A stretch of 64,000 nt of DNA from Octopus sinensis (GCF_006345805.1 NC_043008.1:62806001-62870000); one strand, 5' to 3'; shown: positions 52,071-64,000, counted from the stretch's first letter. Numbers and translations are program-made. Notes: generated from the sequence alone by a model not told the origin.

Positions 52071-52350
52071 TACCTTCAGTTTTAATTGTTTCCTATAATT
52101 TCTACTTACTTCTCTTTGAATTTCATCATTATTACATGTTCAAATTATGTTTTGTATTAGTAAGTTATGTACTTACTAATTACTATTTACAATTGACTGA
52201 TATTTGTGTTTATCTTTGTTGTTAACCCATTTCAGCTGATATACCCTCCAGCCTTCATCAGGTGTCTTGGGGAAATTTTGAACCTGGGTTCTCATTCCTA
52301 AGGTATTTTCTGATATCGTTGTTGTTGTTGTTATTATTACTATTATTATT

Positions 52351-53140
52351 CAGTAGTTTTAATTTTATAGCGTACTTTCTCTTCACGACTGAGCGCAGCT
52401 CTGTGTGCCTTAGGTATGTGCTGTGATTTGTTGTGATGCTCTGATGGTTATTGTATGGAAAGTGTTCTGCGTAGGATGTGTGCAGTGCCTAATAGTGCAA
52501 TTTTCTGTATGTTATATGTGTTTGTAAGTCCTGGTGTTTTTGTTATGTATTTGAATATTTTTTTATCATGCCTAATTCACCTACTATGATAGGAATTGTT
52601 TCTGTTCTTAGATTCCACATTCTGGTTACCTCTATTTCCAGGTCTTTGTATTTTGAGAGTTTCTCCATTTCTTTTAGAGACACATTGTCATCTGCCGGTA
52701 TTGATACATCAATTAGAAAGCATTTTTTTTCTTCATGATCTCTGTCAAGTATATCTGATCTGTTGGCCTTAATTTCTTTATCTGTGTGTATCGGCATATC
52801 CCAGAGTATGGTTGCTTTCTCGTTTTCTGTGACCTTTTCTGGTGTGTGCCTATACCATCTTTTTTCTATTGTTATTCCATAATGTTGGCATAGCTTCCAA
52901 TGTATGTAGGTTCCAACTCTGTCATGTCTGTGAATATATTCCTTCTTAGCCAGGACTGGGCAGCTAGAGATAATATGATTTATTGTTTCTTGTCCATCTC
53001 CACATATTCTGCAGTTACTTGTTATATTTCTTTTCATTACATGTTTTTGGTAATTTCTGGTGGGGAGGCTTTGGTCTTGTGCTGCAATTAAAAATCTCTG
53101 TCTCTGCTTTGAGTCCTGAGCTTCTCAACCATTGCTGGAA
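52351..53140 (-). mobile_element. 5'-truncated R4/Dong-clade non-LTR retrotransposon inserted in (TAA)n
   Basis: (TAA)n tracts abut both ends; encodes the C-terminal CCHC and restriction-like endonuclease region. Confidence 0.9.
52450..53138 (-). pseudogene. RLE LINE ORF C-terminus (CCHC zinc knuckle + PD-(D/E)xK endonuclease), frameshifted
   Basis: WLRSSGLKAETE / IAAQDQSLPTRNY, CRICGDGQETINHIISSC, RHD, NRSDI, IDVSIP, EKLSKYKDL, PIIVGELG / ALLGTAHILR. Confidence 0.92.
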
Positions 53141-53176
53141 TTATTATTATTATTATTATTATTATCATTATTATCA

Positions 53177-53208
<32 letters not shown>

Positions 53209-53664
53209 TTATTATTATTATTATTCAGGTCACTGCCTAGAATCGAACTCAGAATCTTGAGGTTTGTAGCCCACGCTTTTAACCACTATGCCATATGCTC
53301 ATGAGCATATGGTGTAGTGGTATGTAAGTAACATAAATAATGTACATAATTCTTCATTGCTTAAGTATAGAACTGTAGAAAGTTATGGATCAATATACAG
53401 AAATGTATGATTATTAGCAAAAAGATGAATCACTGCTATCTCTAGCAGTTGAGTGTCCATTATTGATGAGACCAAAGAAGGTTGAAATCATGTGATTTGA
53501 TGGTCTCAGCACAAGGGATAGTGAGGATATATCTCCCCTTTAGCGATATAAGCAAGAGAGCATTTTGTACCAAATGCCAATATGAGAATTTCTCTCATGA
53601 TACCTATTGCAGAATAGTTTGTTCTAAAAGAACACCAACGGTTGAGAGGGAATAAATATTACCT

Positions 53665-53889
53665 AATTCTTTACTACCCACAAGGGGCTAAACACAGAGG
53701 GAACAAACAACGACAGACAAACGGATTAAGTCGATTACATTGACCCCAGTGCATAACTGGTACTTAATTTATCGACCCCGAAAGGATGAAAGGCAAAGTT
53801 GACCGCGGCAGAATTTGAACTCAGAACGTAACAGCAGACAAAATACGGTTACGCATTTTGCCCGGTGTGCTAACATTTCTGCCAGCTCA
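53665..53889 (-). mobile_element. Family-B SINE
   Basis: Well-preserved monomer. Confidence 0.9.
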
Positions 53890-54293
53890 CAGAAGTATTA
53901 ATACTTCATCTGTCACTTTTAAAACTGTTACTATTGTACAATGATAGCTATCTCTAACATTATTCCACACACACACAACCACACATGCATGTATGCACAC
54001 ACACACACACTCACACTCTCACATACACTATAGTTTCTGTCCCTATATAATATCAATGACATTTGAACATTTTAGCATTATTTATAATTTATAACAATTT
54101 AAACTACTTCTATCTTTGCTTGTATAACCAATCTATTCAATTATTTTGTATAATGAACTCCTAATTATATTCCAATTATTATATGAAGGAAACTGAATGC
54201 TTTTCTTAAAGCGATAAGATATTACTACTTAATCGGGATTAAATCCTATGAGATCCTTAAATGCTGCCCTATAAATAAACCTTTATTACAAAT

Positions 54294-54588
54294 ATTTCCT
54301 TTTTGGACTTGGTTTGCAAGATTCTTTATATGAGTTCATGTGTTGAAGCATATTCTGTTGTGTCTGGGGAGAGTCATTTTCTTTTTGTGCCTTGTAATGT
54401 AACACACTCGCAGGTAAAATTTCCACTTATTTTTTATTTTTATTTTCCTAACATTTTCGTTGAAAAGGTTGCAAGATCCAACGAAAATGTTAGGAAAATA
54501 AAAATAAGAAATAAGTGGAAATTTTACCGGTGAGTGTGTTACATTATAAGGCACAAAAAGAAAATGACTCTCCCTAGACACAACAGAA
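54294..54588. mobile_element. Young fold-back insertion with 110-bp arms and 13-bp TSD
   Basis: Arms 54353-54462 and 54479-54588 are almost perfectly complementary. CTTTATTACAAAT is duplicated at 54281-54293 and 54589-54601. Confidence 0.9.
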
Positions 54589-55040
54589 CTTTATTACAAA
54601 TGTTTTGTAGTAATAATGTTCATAAGTTAAAATTAGAAAATAAATAAATATCCATGAAAAATAGGATTGTAATAGAAGAATAAAAATCAATGAGATAATT
54701 TTGCAAAAAACTTTTTGATCATGAAAATTTACTTATCTTAAAGACTATCCCAAATTTCAAAGTCCAAGTTGAATTTCTGGCATACATTTATTTCAATGTA
54801 CAGTGTGTTTGTTGATGCTTGAAATGCATAAGAATGCTGTTTAGTTAATGTTGGCAAAACAAAAGGTAATAAAAATCATTGGTTTTTTTCAGTTGATATG
54901 AGTCAGATTTCTTGCTTGTTCATAAAGTTTGATCATGCATAGAATATAAAATTACTTCAATTACTGATGCTGATATTAATTGAATGAACTATCCAGCAAC
55001 ACACTACCATTGCCAGATGACTACTGGCTATCCTTTAAAT

Positions 55041-55345
55041 CAGTGTTTCTCAGCCAGGGTCTGCATGATCACTGGAGGTCCATGTAAGATTTAGATGTTA
55101 AAATTTATATGCAATAAATTGCCACATGCTTCCTTCTGTTCTCTTTAGTCCATTCCTGCAATAAATTGCTAATACTTCTACAATACACAGAATCGTATTT
55201 TAACAATTTTTTTATACAATTCCTAATAATATCCAGTTATGAAAATATAATAGAATGTTTTTAAACATTGAATGTTTATGAAGGTCCACCCATGTAAAAC
55301 AGGAATCAAAGGCTTCCATAAGTAAAAAATGGTTGAGAGCCACAA
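55041..55345. mobile_element. hAT-Charlie-type MITE
   Basis: CAGTGTTTCTCA ... TTGAGAGCCACAA; 8-bp TSD CTTTAAAT/CTTTAGAT. Confidence 0.78.
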
Positions 55346-55694
55346 CTTTAGATTAGCCTCAGTTATTAGATCTAATACACCCATGAACAATTTTTCAGAA
55401 AAAAGAATAAAAACAATATAATACTATGGCAGATTGTAATCAATCATATATAAAGTGAAAGAATGTACACCAAGCATAAGAAATTTCAAAAATTAAAGCT
55501 GAATTAAAGCTTGAGGAAGATTTTTAAAAATTATTATTGCAATAAATATTAGGATTCGAAACCCTTTTTCTAAGTTATCAGATTAGTGTCATTAGTGAAC
55601 CACAATTGGAACATGCATTTATCATGTTTATGTTCTATTTATTTTGGCCTTTTAATTGTTTAATACTAATGGGTGTTGCATACTCTTCCTATAG

Positions 55695-55849
55695 ATTGCA
55701 TTTCCTCATTAGTAGAGACAGGATCTCGTTTGGTGAGACAGAAATTGTATGGATCCAATGAATCAGTTTGCTTAAGCTTACAGTCACTGCATACCAGCCT
55801 CCCACAATTCAAAGCTGGGATATTTTATCGTTGAAGTTTTTTCTTCAAG
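55695..55849 (+). other. Candidate non-coding/UTR exon
   Basis: Branch-like TACTAAT, CTCTTCCTATAG acceptor and AAG|GTATGT donor. All three frames contain stops. Confidence 0.3.
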
Positions 55850-56306
55850 GTATGTTTGGCCTGGGACTGTTTATTTTTATATTGACAGCTAACCTTCATA
55901 TTCCATTTATTGACCAATTGACTTGTTGGGGACCATGTCACAAATTAGATCAAAATGAATATGTTTGAGATTTGTGCATTTTTGTCCAGTGATAAGCAAA
56001 ACCCACAAAGATCAAAATACAGAAGTTAAGAGCAATGGTTAAGCACATATCTCTCTTCTCACCACAGGTCAGCAAACCAAGTAGAATTTCTAGAAGATTC
56101 TGCAGGTATACATCTCTTTGTCTTTTGTTCCATGATAACTTAAGGCTAAGTAAACACAATTAAAGATACACTGTTTCCTTTCTGGCCACAAGCAAGCCAG
56201 AAATTCGCGTAGCTACAGATAAACTCATATCTTGGCTTTCCTTCAAGACACCCTTGTCTTTTGAATAAAACATTAATGTCAGTTGAATTTTTAAAAAAAT
56301 AATAAA

Positions 56307-56806
56307 TGTGCCCTTTTAAAGCCTAGCTAGGTTCATGGGCCCGGGTTCCCGGTTTCAATGGCATTTGTTTTCCCCAGCTGGATAGGATGCCAGTCCATCG
56401 CAGCGTTACTCATTTTTGCCAGCTGAGTGGACCGGAGCAACGGGAAATGAAGTGTTTTGCTCAAGAACTCAATGCGTCGCCTGGTCCAGGAGGTGAAACC
56501 ACAATCTTACAATCATGATTCTGACACCCTAAACACTAAGCCATGTGCCTCCACTAGATGCACCCTTTTAAAGCCTAGCCAAGCTCATAAGCCCGGTTTC
56601 TTGGTTTCAATGGTGTATATGTTAGCCAACTGGACAGCACTCCAGTCCATTGCAGTGTTACTCATTTTTGCCAGCTGAGTGGACTGGAGCAACATGAAAT
56701 GAAATGTTTTGCTCAAGAACAAAACACGTCACCGGGTCCAGGAATCGAAACCACAATCTTACGATCATGATGCTGACACCCTAACCACTAAGCCATGCGC
56801 CTCCAC
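56307..56806 (-). mobile_element. Two head-to-tail family-D SINEs
   Basis: 56307-56554 and 56558-56806 each run from CCCTTTTAAAGCCTAGC to GCCTCCAC. Confidence 0.92.
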
Positions 56807-57016
56807 CAGTAGAATTTAGACACTATAAATTTGATCCCTATATCATAAGTCTCTCTACCAGTGATTACCTGAAAATCTTTTTGTATATGTACTTGTACTT
56901 AGGTATGTGTTTAGCCTTTCCTGAAATAAATGTTATGAAATATTCACGAGTTTTGTTTCTGTTTACATCACATGCAACTAATCTAATACATAATTATCTC
57001 ACACTATGACTAAGTG

Positions 57017-57715
57017 TAACAGGTGACAGTACAAGTACATACCAAAAAAGAAAATAGCTGGGTATATATTTGGAGCAAATGCAAACACTCCATGCATATA
57101 TGGAATATAGTCAATACTTGACCATCAATATTAACTTTTTTCATAGCTAATGTAGTTAGTATTCTTATGATATTATGATATTATGATATTGTGATATTAT
57201 GATATTACGAGAGAAAATTTTTTATGATTGAAATATACCAACTATATAACTAGTACTTTTTTACTGAAAGACAGTATTTTATCTTAGTTCACTGAAGATA
57301 ACTTTAAAAATATGGTACAGTTCATTACAACCATTATCCCGTCATAATTTCATTATCACCATTAATATTATATTATATTTATATCATATTAACATGTGAC
57401 AGTACAAGTACATACCAAAGAAGAAAATAGTGGGGTATATATTTGGAGCAAACACAAACACTCCATGCATATATGGAATATAGTCAATACTTGATCATCA
57501 ATATTAACTTTTTTCATAGCTAATGTAGTTAGTATTCTTATGATATTATGAGGGAAAAATTTTTATGATTGGAATATACCAACTATACAACTAGTACTTC
57601 TTTACTGAAAGACAGTATTTTATCTTAGTTCACTGAAGATAACTTTAAAAATATGGTACAGTTCATTACAACCATTATCCCGTCATAATTTCATTATCAC
57701 CATTAATATTATATT
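57017..57715 (+). repeat. Direct tandem duplication (about 373 and 326 bp units)
   Basis: 57017-57389 vs 57390-57715. Copy 1 carries an expanded (TTATGATA)n. Confidence 0.95.
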
Positions 57716-58564
57716 TTCAAATGCACAACCTGATGCTATAGAGTAAATTTGGGTTACAAGTTCTATCATGTTGAAATTCTGAAAAGGTAATGAAAATATA
57801 TCTCCTGTGTACTGTATGGAAAGATAACATTTTAAAATATATTTTCTGTTACCCAGAATTCATACAACAATGAATCCTCTTTTCAACAGAATGAAATAAT
57901 TTTTGTAAGAGTTACCTCTTAGATATAAACCTGAATAAAAGCATTATTTACATAGAAAATCTTATTTTGAGCTTTCACAAAGTAAGATATCATTTAAATT
58001 CTGAACCATATTTACCCAAGATGGAAAACATATTTTTCATTGTATGTGGCAATAATATGTTTTAATGAATTCTTCAATATTTTTGTAATGCAAAGGAAAC
58101 TTGCTAATCCAAGATGTGTGAGAACAATTTATATATGTTGCATTCATGTGCAGTGCGATTTAATACTTATAATTAGAAAGATATGATTAAGAGCATTGCA
58201 GGTGATATTAAATATTGGCTTTTCTTGAAATAATTTATATATTTATTATTTGGTCAGGAAAGGAAAAGCAGTGCTCATGACCTTTTCAGGGCCTCTGAGA
58301 CTAGTGTGGGTAGAGGTGAGGGTGATGAAAGAAAAACAATCCCCTTACTATAGACCTGGTTCAGAAACTTAGAACAAAAGAACTCTGCTAAAGGCACCTA
58401 ATACACTAAATGGGGTGTGTTCAACTAGGTTGTAGATTAACTCTAGCCCCTATCTAGTAAACCCTGGTGGGATTGGAACTAAGAGTGAAAGAACAAATAC
58501 TGCAAACCATCTGGTTTGATGTTCTTAGTTCTTCCAGTCCATCTGTATTAGCCAATGTCACATA

Positions 58565-58940
58565 ACTAGCACCTGTGCTGGTGGCATGCGAAAAGCACCT
58601 TTTGAGCATTGGGCCTCATGGAGGCAATGACAAATGACTGAGACACTTGCCGATATACCATGTTTGAGAAGAAATGAAATCATAGTCGCATCAGACATTG
58701 GTGCCACCCAAACAGCACTCACCCAAACAGCACTCATGTCGGTGGCACATGAAAGCACCCATTACACTCTTGGAGTGGTTGGCATTAGGAAGGGCATCCA
58801 GTCATAGAACCCATGCCAAATCAGATTGGAGTCTGGTGCAGCTCCCTTGCTTGCCAGGTCTGGTCAAACAGTCCAACTCATGCCATCATGAACAACGGAC
58901 GTTAAATGATGATGATGATGATAATGATGATGATGATGAG
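58565..58940 (+). mobile_element. Family-E SINE body and (GAT)n tail
   Basis: GGCATTAGGAAGGGCATCCAG...CAAACAGTCCAAC...CGGACGTTAAATGATGATGAT. Confidence 0.85.
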
Positions 58941-59223
58941 AGACCTTGAGAGGATGAAAATTAAAGTGGGCCTCAGTAGGATTTGAAATCATTGTTTGTA
59001 AGTTTCAGAATGAATCACTCATTCTATACATTTCATTCTGTAAGTTTATAAGCACTTTACATTATTCTAAATGAATCAGTATATTTGTTTGAAGACGTAC
59101 AATCTAAGTGAATACTTCCATTCACTATTGAAAAACCTTGTATATAAAATATATAGTATATCCTATTTAGCTAAAAAGCTGTAAAGTGATGTATGAAGAT
59201 TTGAAATAGAAAGCAAAAATCTT

Positions 59224-59638
59224 TAGGAGTGGCTGTGTGGTAAGTAGTTTTCTTACCAACCACATGGTTCCAGGTTCAGTCCCACTGTGTGGCACCTTGG
59301 GCAAGTGTCTTCTATTATAGCCTTGGGCTGACTAAAGCCTTGTGAGTGGATTTGGTAGACAGAAACTGAAAGAAGCCCATCGTATATATGCATATATATA
59401 TATATATATGTATATATGTGTGTGTTTGTGTGTCTGTGTTTGTCCCCACCAACATCGCATGACAACTGATGCTGGTGTGTTTAAGTCCCTATTACTTAGT
59501 GGTTCGGCAAAAGAGACTGATAGGATAACTTACAAAGAATAAGTACTGGGGTCAATTTGTTTGTCTAAAAGGTGGTGCTCCATCATGGCCGCAGTCAAGT
59601 GACTGAAACAAGTAAAAGAGTAAAAGAGTAAAGAGAGT
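59224..59638 (+). mobile_element. Family-A SINE, full length
   Basis: Complete head, microsatellite, body and tail. Confidence 0.93.
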
Positions 59639-60024
59639 GTTAATCATATATTTATAACAAATAAAGGAAGATACACAAAAACAAGAAGAAGAATAAAGCC
59701 GAAGTGAAGACCAAGTATAAAGTGTGTATGGTTAAATGGCAAATATAACAATAGAAGATTCTCTTTCTTATGTCAATAAATCATTTTGTTGTACATAATG
59801 TAACATCTGTGTCTTTGATAGAGAGTTTGAAATAGCTTACAATGTCATTATAATTTCATGCTGTCACCATGTCCTTAGGTGTTTTCAGCAAAGTTCATCT
59901 TGATGGTATTCAGAAAAACTTCCTGATTAATGCCATACTACCTTTTATTTCTGTCATCGTTAAATAGAAGGATATCAATAGCAATTTTCAGTTATTTTTT
60001 TTAATGAGTGACTGTTTTTTCTAG

Positions 60025-60413
60025 GTTATCTATATTGCACTGGATTTGCATCTATACTGGATGGAAAAAGAAGCCTGCAACAGTGTGAACAATGAGAGAT
60101 AACAGCAAGCAGATTATCAATGTACTGAAAAAGGGAAAATATAAGACAAAAGCCAATTCCTGAATTATATCACAGATTGCAAAAAAAGTTATGTTCTTGG
60201 TGCTGCCTGACAGAATCCTAAGATCACATTTAGCAATAGAATTATCTGAAAAGAAAATTTTGACCCACTGTATGTGAAGTGAGCGGAGTTCCTAAGTTGG
60301 CAGTTTTGTTGACATGTTTATCATGCTAAACGTGGTTCAAAGCGTTACTTATATCAATCGAGCAGTATCCTTGTTTTTATCAAACTTCTCAAGCTTTTGT
60401 GAGTATGTAAACA
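60025..60413 (+). other. Candidate exon (UTR plus short ATG-initiated ORF from 60314)
   Basis: TTTTTTCTAG|G acceptor; donors GTGAGT (60399) and GTAAGT (60414); MFIMLNVVQSVTYINRAVSLFLSNFSSFCEYVN is open up to the donor. Confidence 0.28.
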
Positions 60414-60754
60414 GTAAGTAATCTTAGTATGATTATCGTTATAAGTTAAAGCACTCTTGATGTATGATGTAAGAAAGCAGGTCTCTGGAGGTTTTGATTC
60501 TATGAAAACAATAGCAAATCATTAAGTCAAGGAAATGAGAGAGAGAGAGAGAGACCCAAGGCTGTGAGGAGAGTGATTATTTCCAACAGAATTGCCTTTG
60601 AGATATTGTAAATGAATATGATCAAACATTGGTTTTATTGATAATATAAAACCACACATTTCTTACTTTGTTATCTGATATTGCATTGACACAGCATTCC
60701 ATGGCTTCCAAAAGAAAATTTACAGCATTTTTATTCCTGAGAAATAATATTGCT

Positions 60755-60857
60755 CATCATCATCATCATCATCACCACCACCATCACCACCACCACCATC
60801 ATCATCATCATCACCATCACCATAAACATCAACATCACCACCACCACCACCACCACC

Positions 60858-60890
<33 letters not shown>

Positions 60891-60932
60891 GTCATCTTTT
60901 AACGTCCGCCTTCCATGCTGGCACGGGTGGTT
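60755..60932 (-). repeat. (CAT/CAC)n tract: expanded tail of a short family-E 3' fragment
   Basis: Followed by TTTAACGTCCGCCTTCCATGCTGGCACGGG, the reverse of the E tail. Confidence 0.88.
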
Positions 60933-61405
60933 GAACTATTACAATACTGAACAGCAAAACTTGCGATCAAATATGAACTAAGAAAAACATTAAAAGAATA
61001 AAAAGATTAAAAGTATTCTGTAATCTGTTTGTAAGTGATTTCCCTGAGATTATTAGAATATCAATATTGGTAATAAGTTTGTAAAAAAAATCCTAACTTT
61101 ACGTGGTAGTGCTAACACTTTTACAAACCACTTAAGTTACCCTCACCAGTAACATCATCACTACTACCACCATAACCATCACTACCATCAAACACCATAG
61201 GTTACTGGGTGCTTTTTATTATGTTCTTACTGTTGACAGCATCCAATTTAATTACTGGTTCACTCTCACACTTATCTACATCTTGCTCGCAGTGTTACTG
61301 GCAGGGATTAATAAATCTATAAAAATCTCTACTGCATTCAAGGGTGTTGAAAAGATATGAGTGTTGCTCATTGTTTTTTTTTTATTAACTTTATAATAAA
61401 GAAAG

Positions 61406-61812
61406 ACGTGGGTGTTTAGTAAAAAGCTTGCTTCCCAACCATATGTTTCTGTGTTCAGTCCCACTGCATGGCATCTTACGTGTCTTCTACTATAGCCTCA
61501 GGCTGACCAAAGCCTTGTGAGTGGACTTGGAAGATGGAAACTGAAAGAAACCTGTCATATATATATGTGTGTGTGTATTTCTGTATGTCTTTGTGTTATT
61601 GCTTGTCCCCTACCCTAACTTGGCAACTGATGTTTGTTTGTTTACATCCCTGTAACTTAACAGATCAGCAAAAAGAAACTGATAGAATAAGTAACAGGAT
61701 TAAAAAAGAAAAAAAGAAGTACTGGACCGATTCATTCAACTAAAAGTTTTGCAAGGCGGTGCTCCAGCATGGCCACAGCCTAATGACTGAAACAGATTAA
61801 AAAAAAAAGATA
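61406..61812 (+). mobile_element. Family-A SINE (older subfamily)
   Basis: Complete order of motifs. Confidence 0.88.
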
Positions 61813-62774
61813 ACAATACAAAAATTCCCTGAAACACTCTGAATTTTGTCGAGGGTTGTCATTGTTATATCTATTCATTCTGAGAGATTTCCAACATGGT
61901 GTATTAAATATCTCACAGAGGATTCTCAAGTTTTGGGGTGAACTCAAATCCTAGACTTTACGGTTGTGAAGGTAGGTTCTTAACCATTCAGTCATAATAT
62001 GCCTTTACTCTGGGAGTAGAAACTCCTTTGAAATAAGAAATGGTTTGAATATCATGCAGATGGAACTTTTTTATTTTATTTTAATTATTTATATTGTAGT
62101 GGAAATATATAGTCAGTACAAGGTATTCATGTGGCTGTGTATATGTTTTTACAATAGTTCATAAAGCGATAAAGAATAAATTCAAGACCTATATATTTAC
62201 TACATAAAAATATATGTTATTTACTGGTCGATGATGATACATAGAATCAAACTGTAGAATCTAGTTGCATGAAGTAATCTATGCAAGAAAGTTCAGAGAT
62301 AGAAAATGTAGAAATAACAGCTAAGTGGTGATTATTCAAGAGAAACACTAAGCTTCTTGAATAATTAAGAATCAGGTCCCATGACACAGATGCTTCAAGA
62401 AACTAAGAGAAGGGAGGTTACTCTATAATCTTTCTTGCAAGGGAGATAATTTAACAATTTAGCTTCCTAGATCACTACAATATACATGTTGGCTGTGGTT
62501 TACATTATGATTTATATATAAATGTTTATACTTGAAATTGGGGGGAGGGCGGTTATATACTTTGTCTATGTTAACTGGTTTTGTTGGATATGTTCTACCT
62601 TGAGGTCAGATGTCTTTTTGGAGAGCTCCTGTTATCACTAATTTGGTTTCAAAGAAATTCAATCAGGAATTGACCATCATGGCAATTTACCAAGTATAAC
62701 ACTTTATAAAGTGATCACTGACAGTAAATAATGCATAGCATTCTCCACACTAAATCACATGTAACAAATATTGA

Positions 62775-62975
62775 TTTCAAATTTTTGGCACAAGGCCAGC
62801 AAGTTCAGTGGAAGGGCTAAGCTGATTAAATCGACTCCAGTGCTCAACTGGTACTCATTTTATCAACCTCGAAAGGATGAAAGACAAAGCAGAGTTTGAA
62901 CTTAGAACATAAAGGCAGACGAAATGCCACTAAGCATTTAGCCCAGCATGCTAATGGTTCTGCCAGTTTGCCACC
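62775..62975 (-). mobile_element. Family-B SINE (alternative tail)
   Basis: TTTGGCACAAGGCCAGCAAG tail, CAACTGGTAC core, TTCTGCCAG head. Confidence 0.82.
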
Positions 62976-63339
62976 TGGACATGGAACACATAATGCAAAT
63001 AAATCCTGCAACACAGGTAGACCAGCAATTGATTAGGGGAAGGCTAAGCATCATGTACCATGCTTGTTTCTCTCACTCCTCCCTTCACTCTTGCAACATC
63101 CACACATTTGGTTATTCTACCTTCATTCACTTCTGCCCACTGTGTACCTCGAGGTTCAAGCAGTCATTTGCTCCACCTCAATGAAACCTCACTTTCTCTT
63201 ATAAAATGTGTGTAGTCATGTGGGCCTTCTATAGCAAGAAACCTGTTCCACTCTGACCTCTTCTTTCATACTTAAACCTCTTATTTCCTGGAATAAAGTT
63301 GCCTCCCTTTGGTTTCATAGTCTGGCAAGCTGCATGGCA

Positions 63340-63600
63340 AACTCACTAGTGCTGTTGGCATGCAAAATGCACTCAGTACATACTGTAAAATGCTTGACGT
63401 CAGGAACGACAACCAGCTACAGAGATCATGTCAAAATAGAGAGTGGAGTATGATCCAGTTGTTGAATCTGTTAGGTCCAGTCAAATGATCTGACAAATGA
63501 CAGCATAGAACAACGATTTTAAATGATGATGATGATGATGATAATGATGATGACGACGACGATGACGATGACGACGACGATGACGACGACGATGATGATG
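63340..63600 (+). mobile_element. Degenerate family-E 3' part with (GAT/GAC)n tail
   Basis: GACGTCAGGAACGACAACCAGCTACAG...TTTAAATGATGATGAT. Confidence 0.7.
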
Positions 63601-64000
63601 AAATATATTAAGTGAAGGAAATATATTAGGTTATGAAACCACATACACAAATAGTCTGAAGAACATTTACTGCTATCTTTCAATAATGACTATACAATCC
63701 AATGTCCTTCCTTTCTTTTGACATGAGAGGATACAAGTTGAAAAGAATTTGATTGCTATTTCTGCAGCTCTATTGACTACATTGAAACTAACTTGTTGGT
63801 TTGATATCTTCACTCAAATGAAATGGGAGTGCATATTTTGTTTTTCTTTTTTATCATCTTACATCTGTTTATTCATATTAACATGGGTTAGACAAGTATA
63901 TTATCGAGGTATTGTTTTATAGCCATACCATATTTTGTTACTAATCTTTTAAATGAAAACAGGTTGCTGAGATTATGCATTCAAATTATTTATTAATTGT

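Larger units (their letters stand above)
52165..53380 (-). mobile_element. Family-F element: tRNA-derived head + (TAA)n + hammerhead-like 3' module, interrupted by an RLE LINE
   Basis: Head at 53226-53300 (A box TGGCATAGTGG, B box GTTCGATTC). 3' module at 52165-52320 with CTGATGA-AGGCTG..CAGCT-GAAA. Short inverted duplication of the head at 53301-53321. Confidence 0.65.

Overview
AT-rich, repeat-dense eukaryotic non-coding DNA (intronic or intergenic). The SINE and MITE repertoire looks like an octopus / coleoid cephalopod genome (inference from pattern recognition, not a database search). I find no confidently supported host protein-coding exon, and nearly all ORFs in the track are microsatellite or SINE translations. 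Recognisable content: (1) dozens of tRNA-derived SINEs in several modular families, labelled A-F here; (2) a full-length but inactivated DD34D mariner (26478-27740); (3) a 5'-truncated R4/Dong-type RLE LINE sitting in a (TAA)n tract (52351-53140); (4) a solo LTR with a 4-bp TSD (10214-11262); (5) hAT-Charlie-type and piggyBac-type MITEs, an RTE remnant and a probable LINE ORF1 remnant; (6) two ~320-370 bp tandem duplications; (7) many microsatellites. The most unusual signal is a set of at least six minimal type-I hammerhead-ribozyme motifs (CTGANGA-stem II-GAAA-palindromic stem III-UH) in unrelated short, mostly fold-back, Penelope-like or retrozyme-like elements. One of them is fused to a tRNA-derived Pol III head. 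A few splice-signal-bounded candidate exons, including a possible 10-nt microexon, suggest the window lies within long introns of a gene. Repeat boundaries are approximate unless a TSD or TIR is cited.
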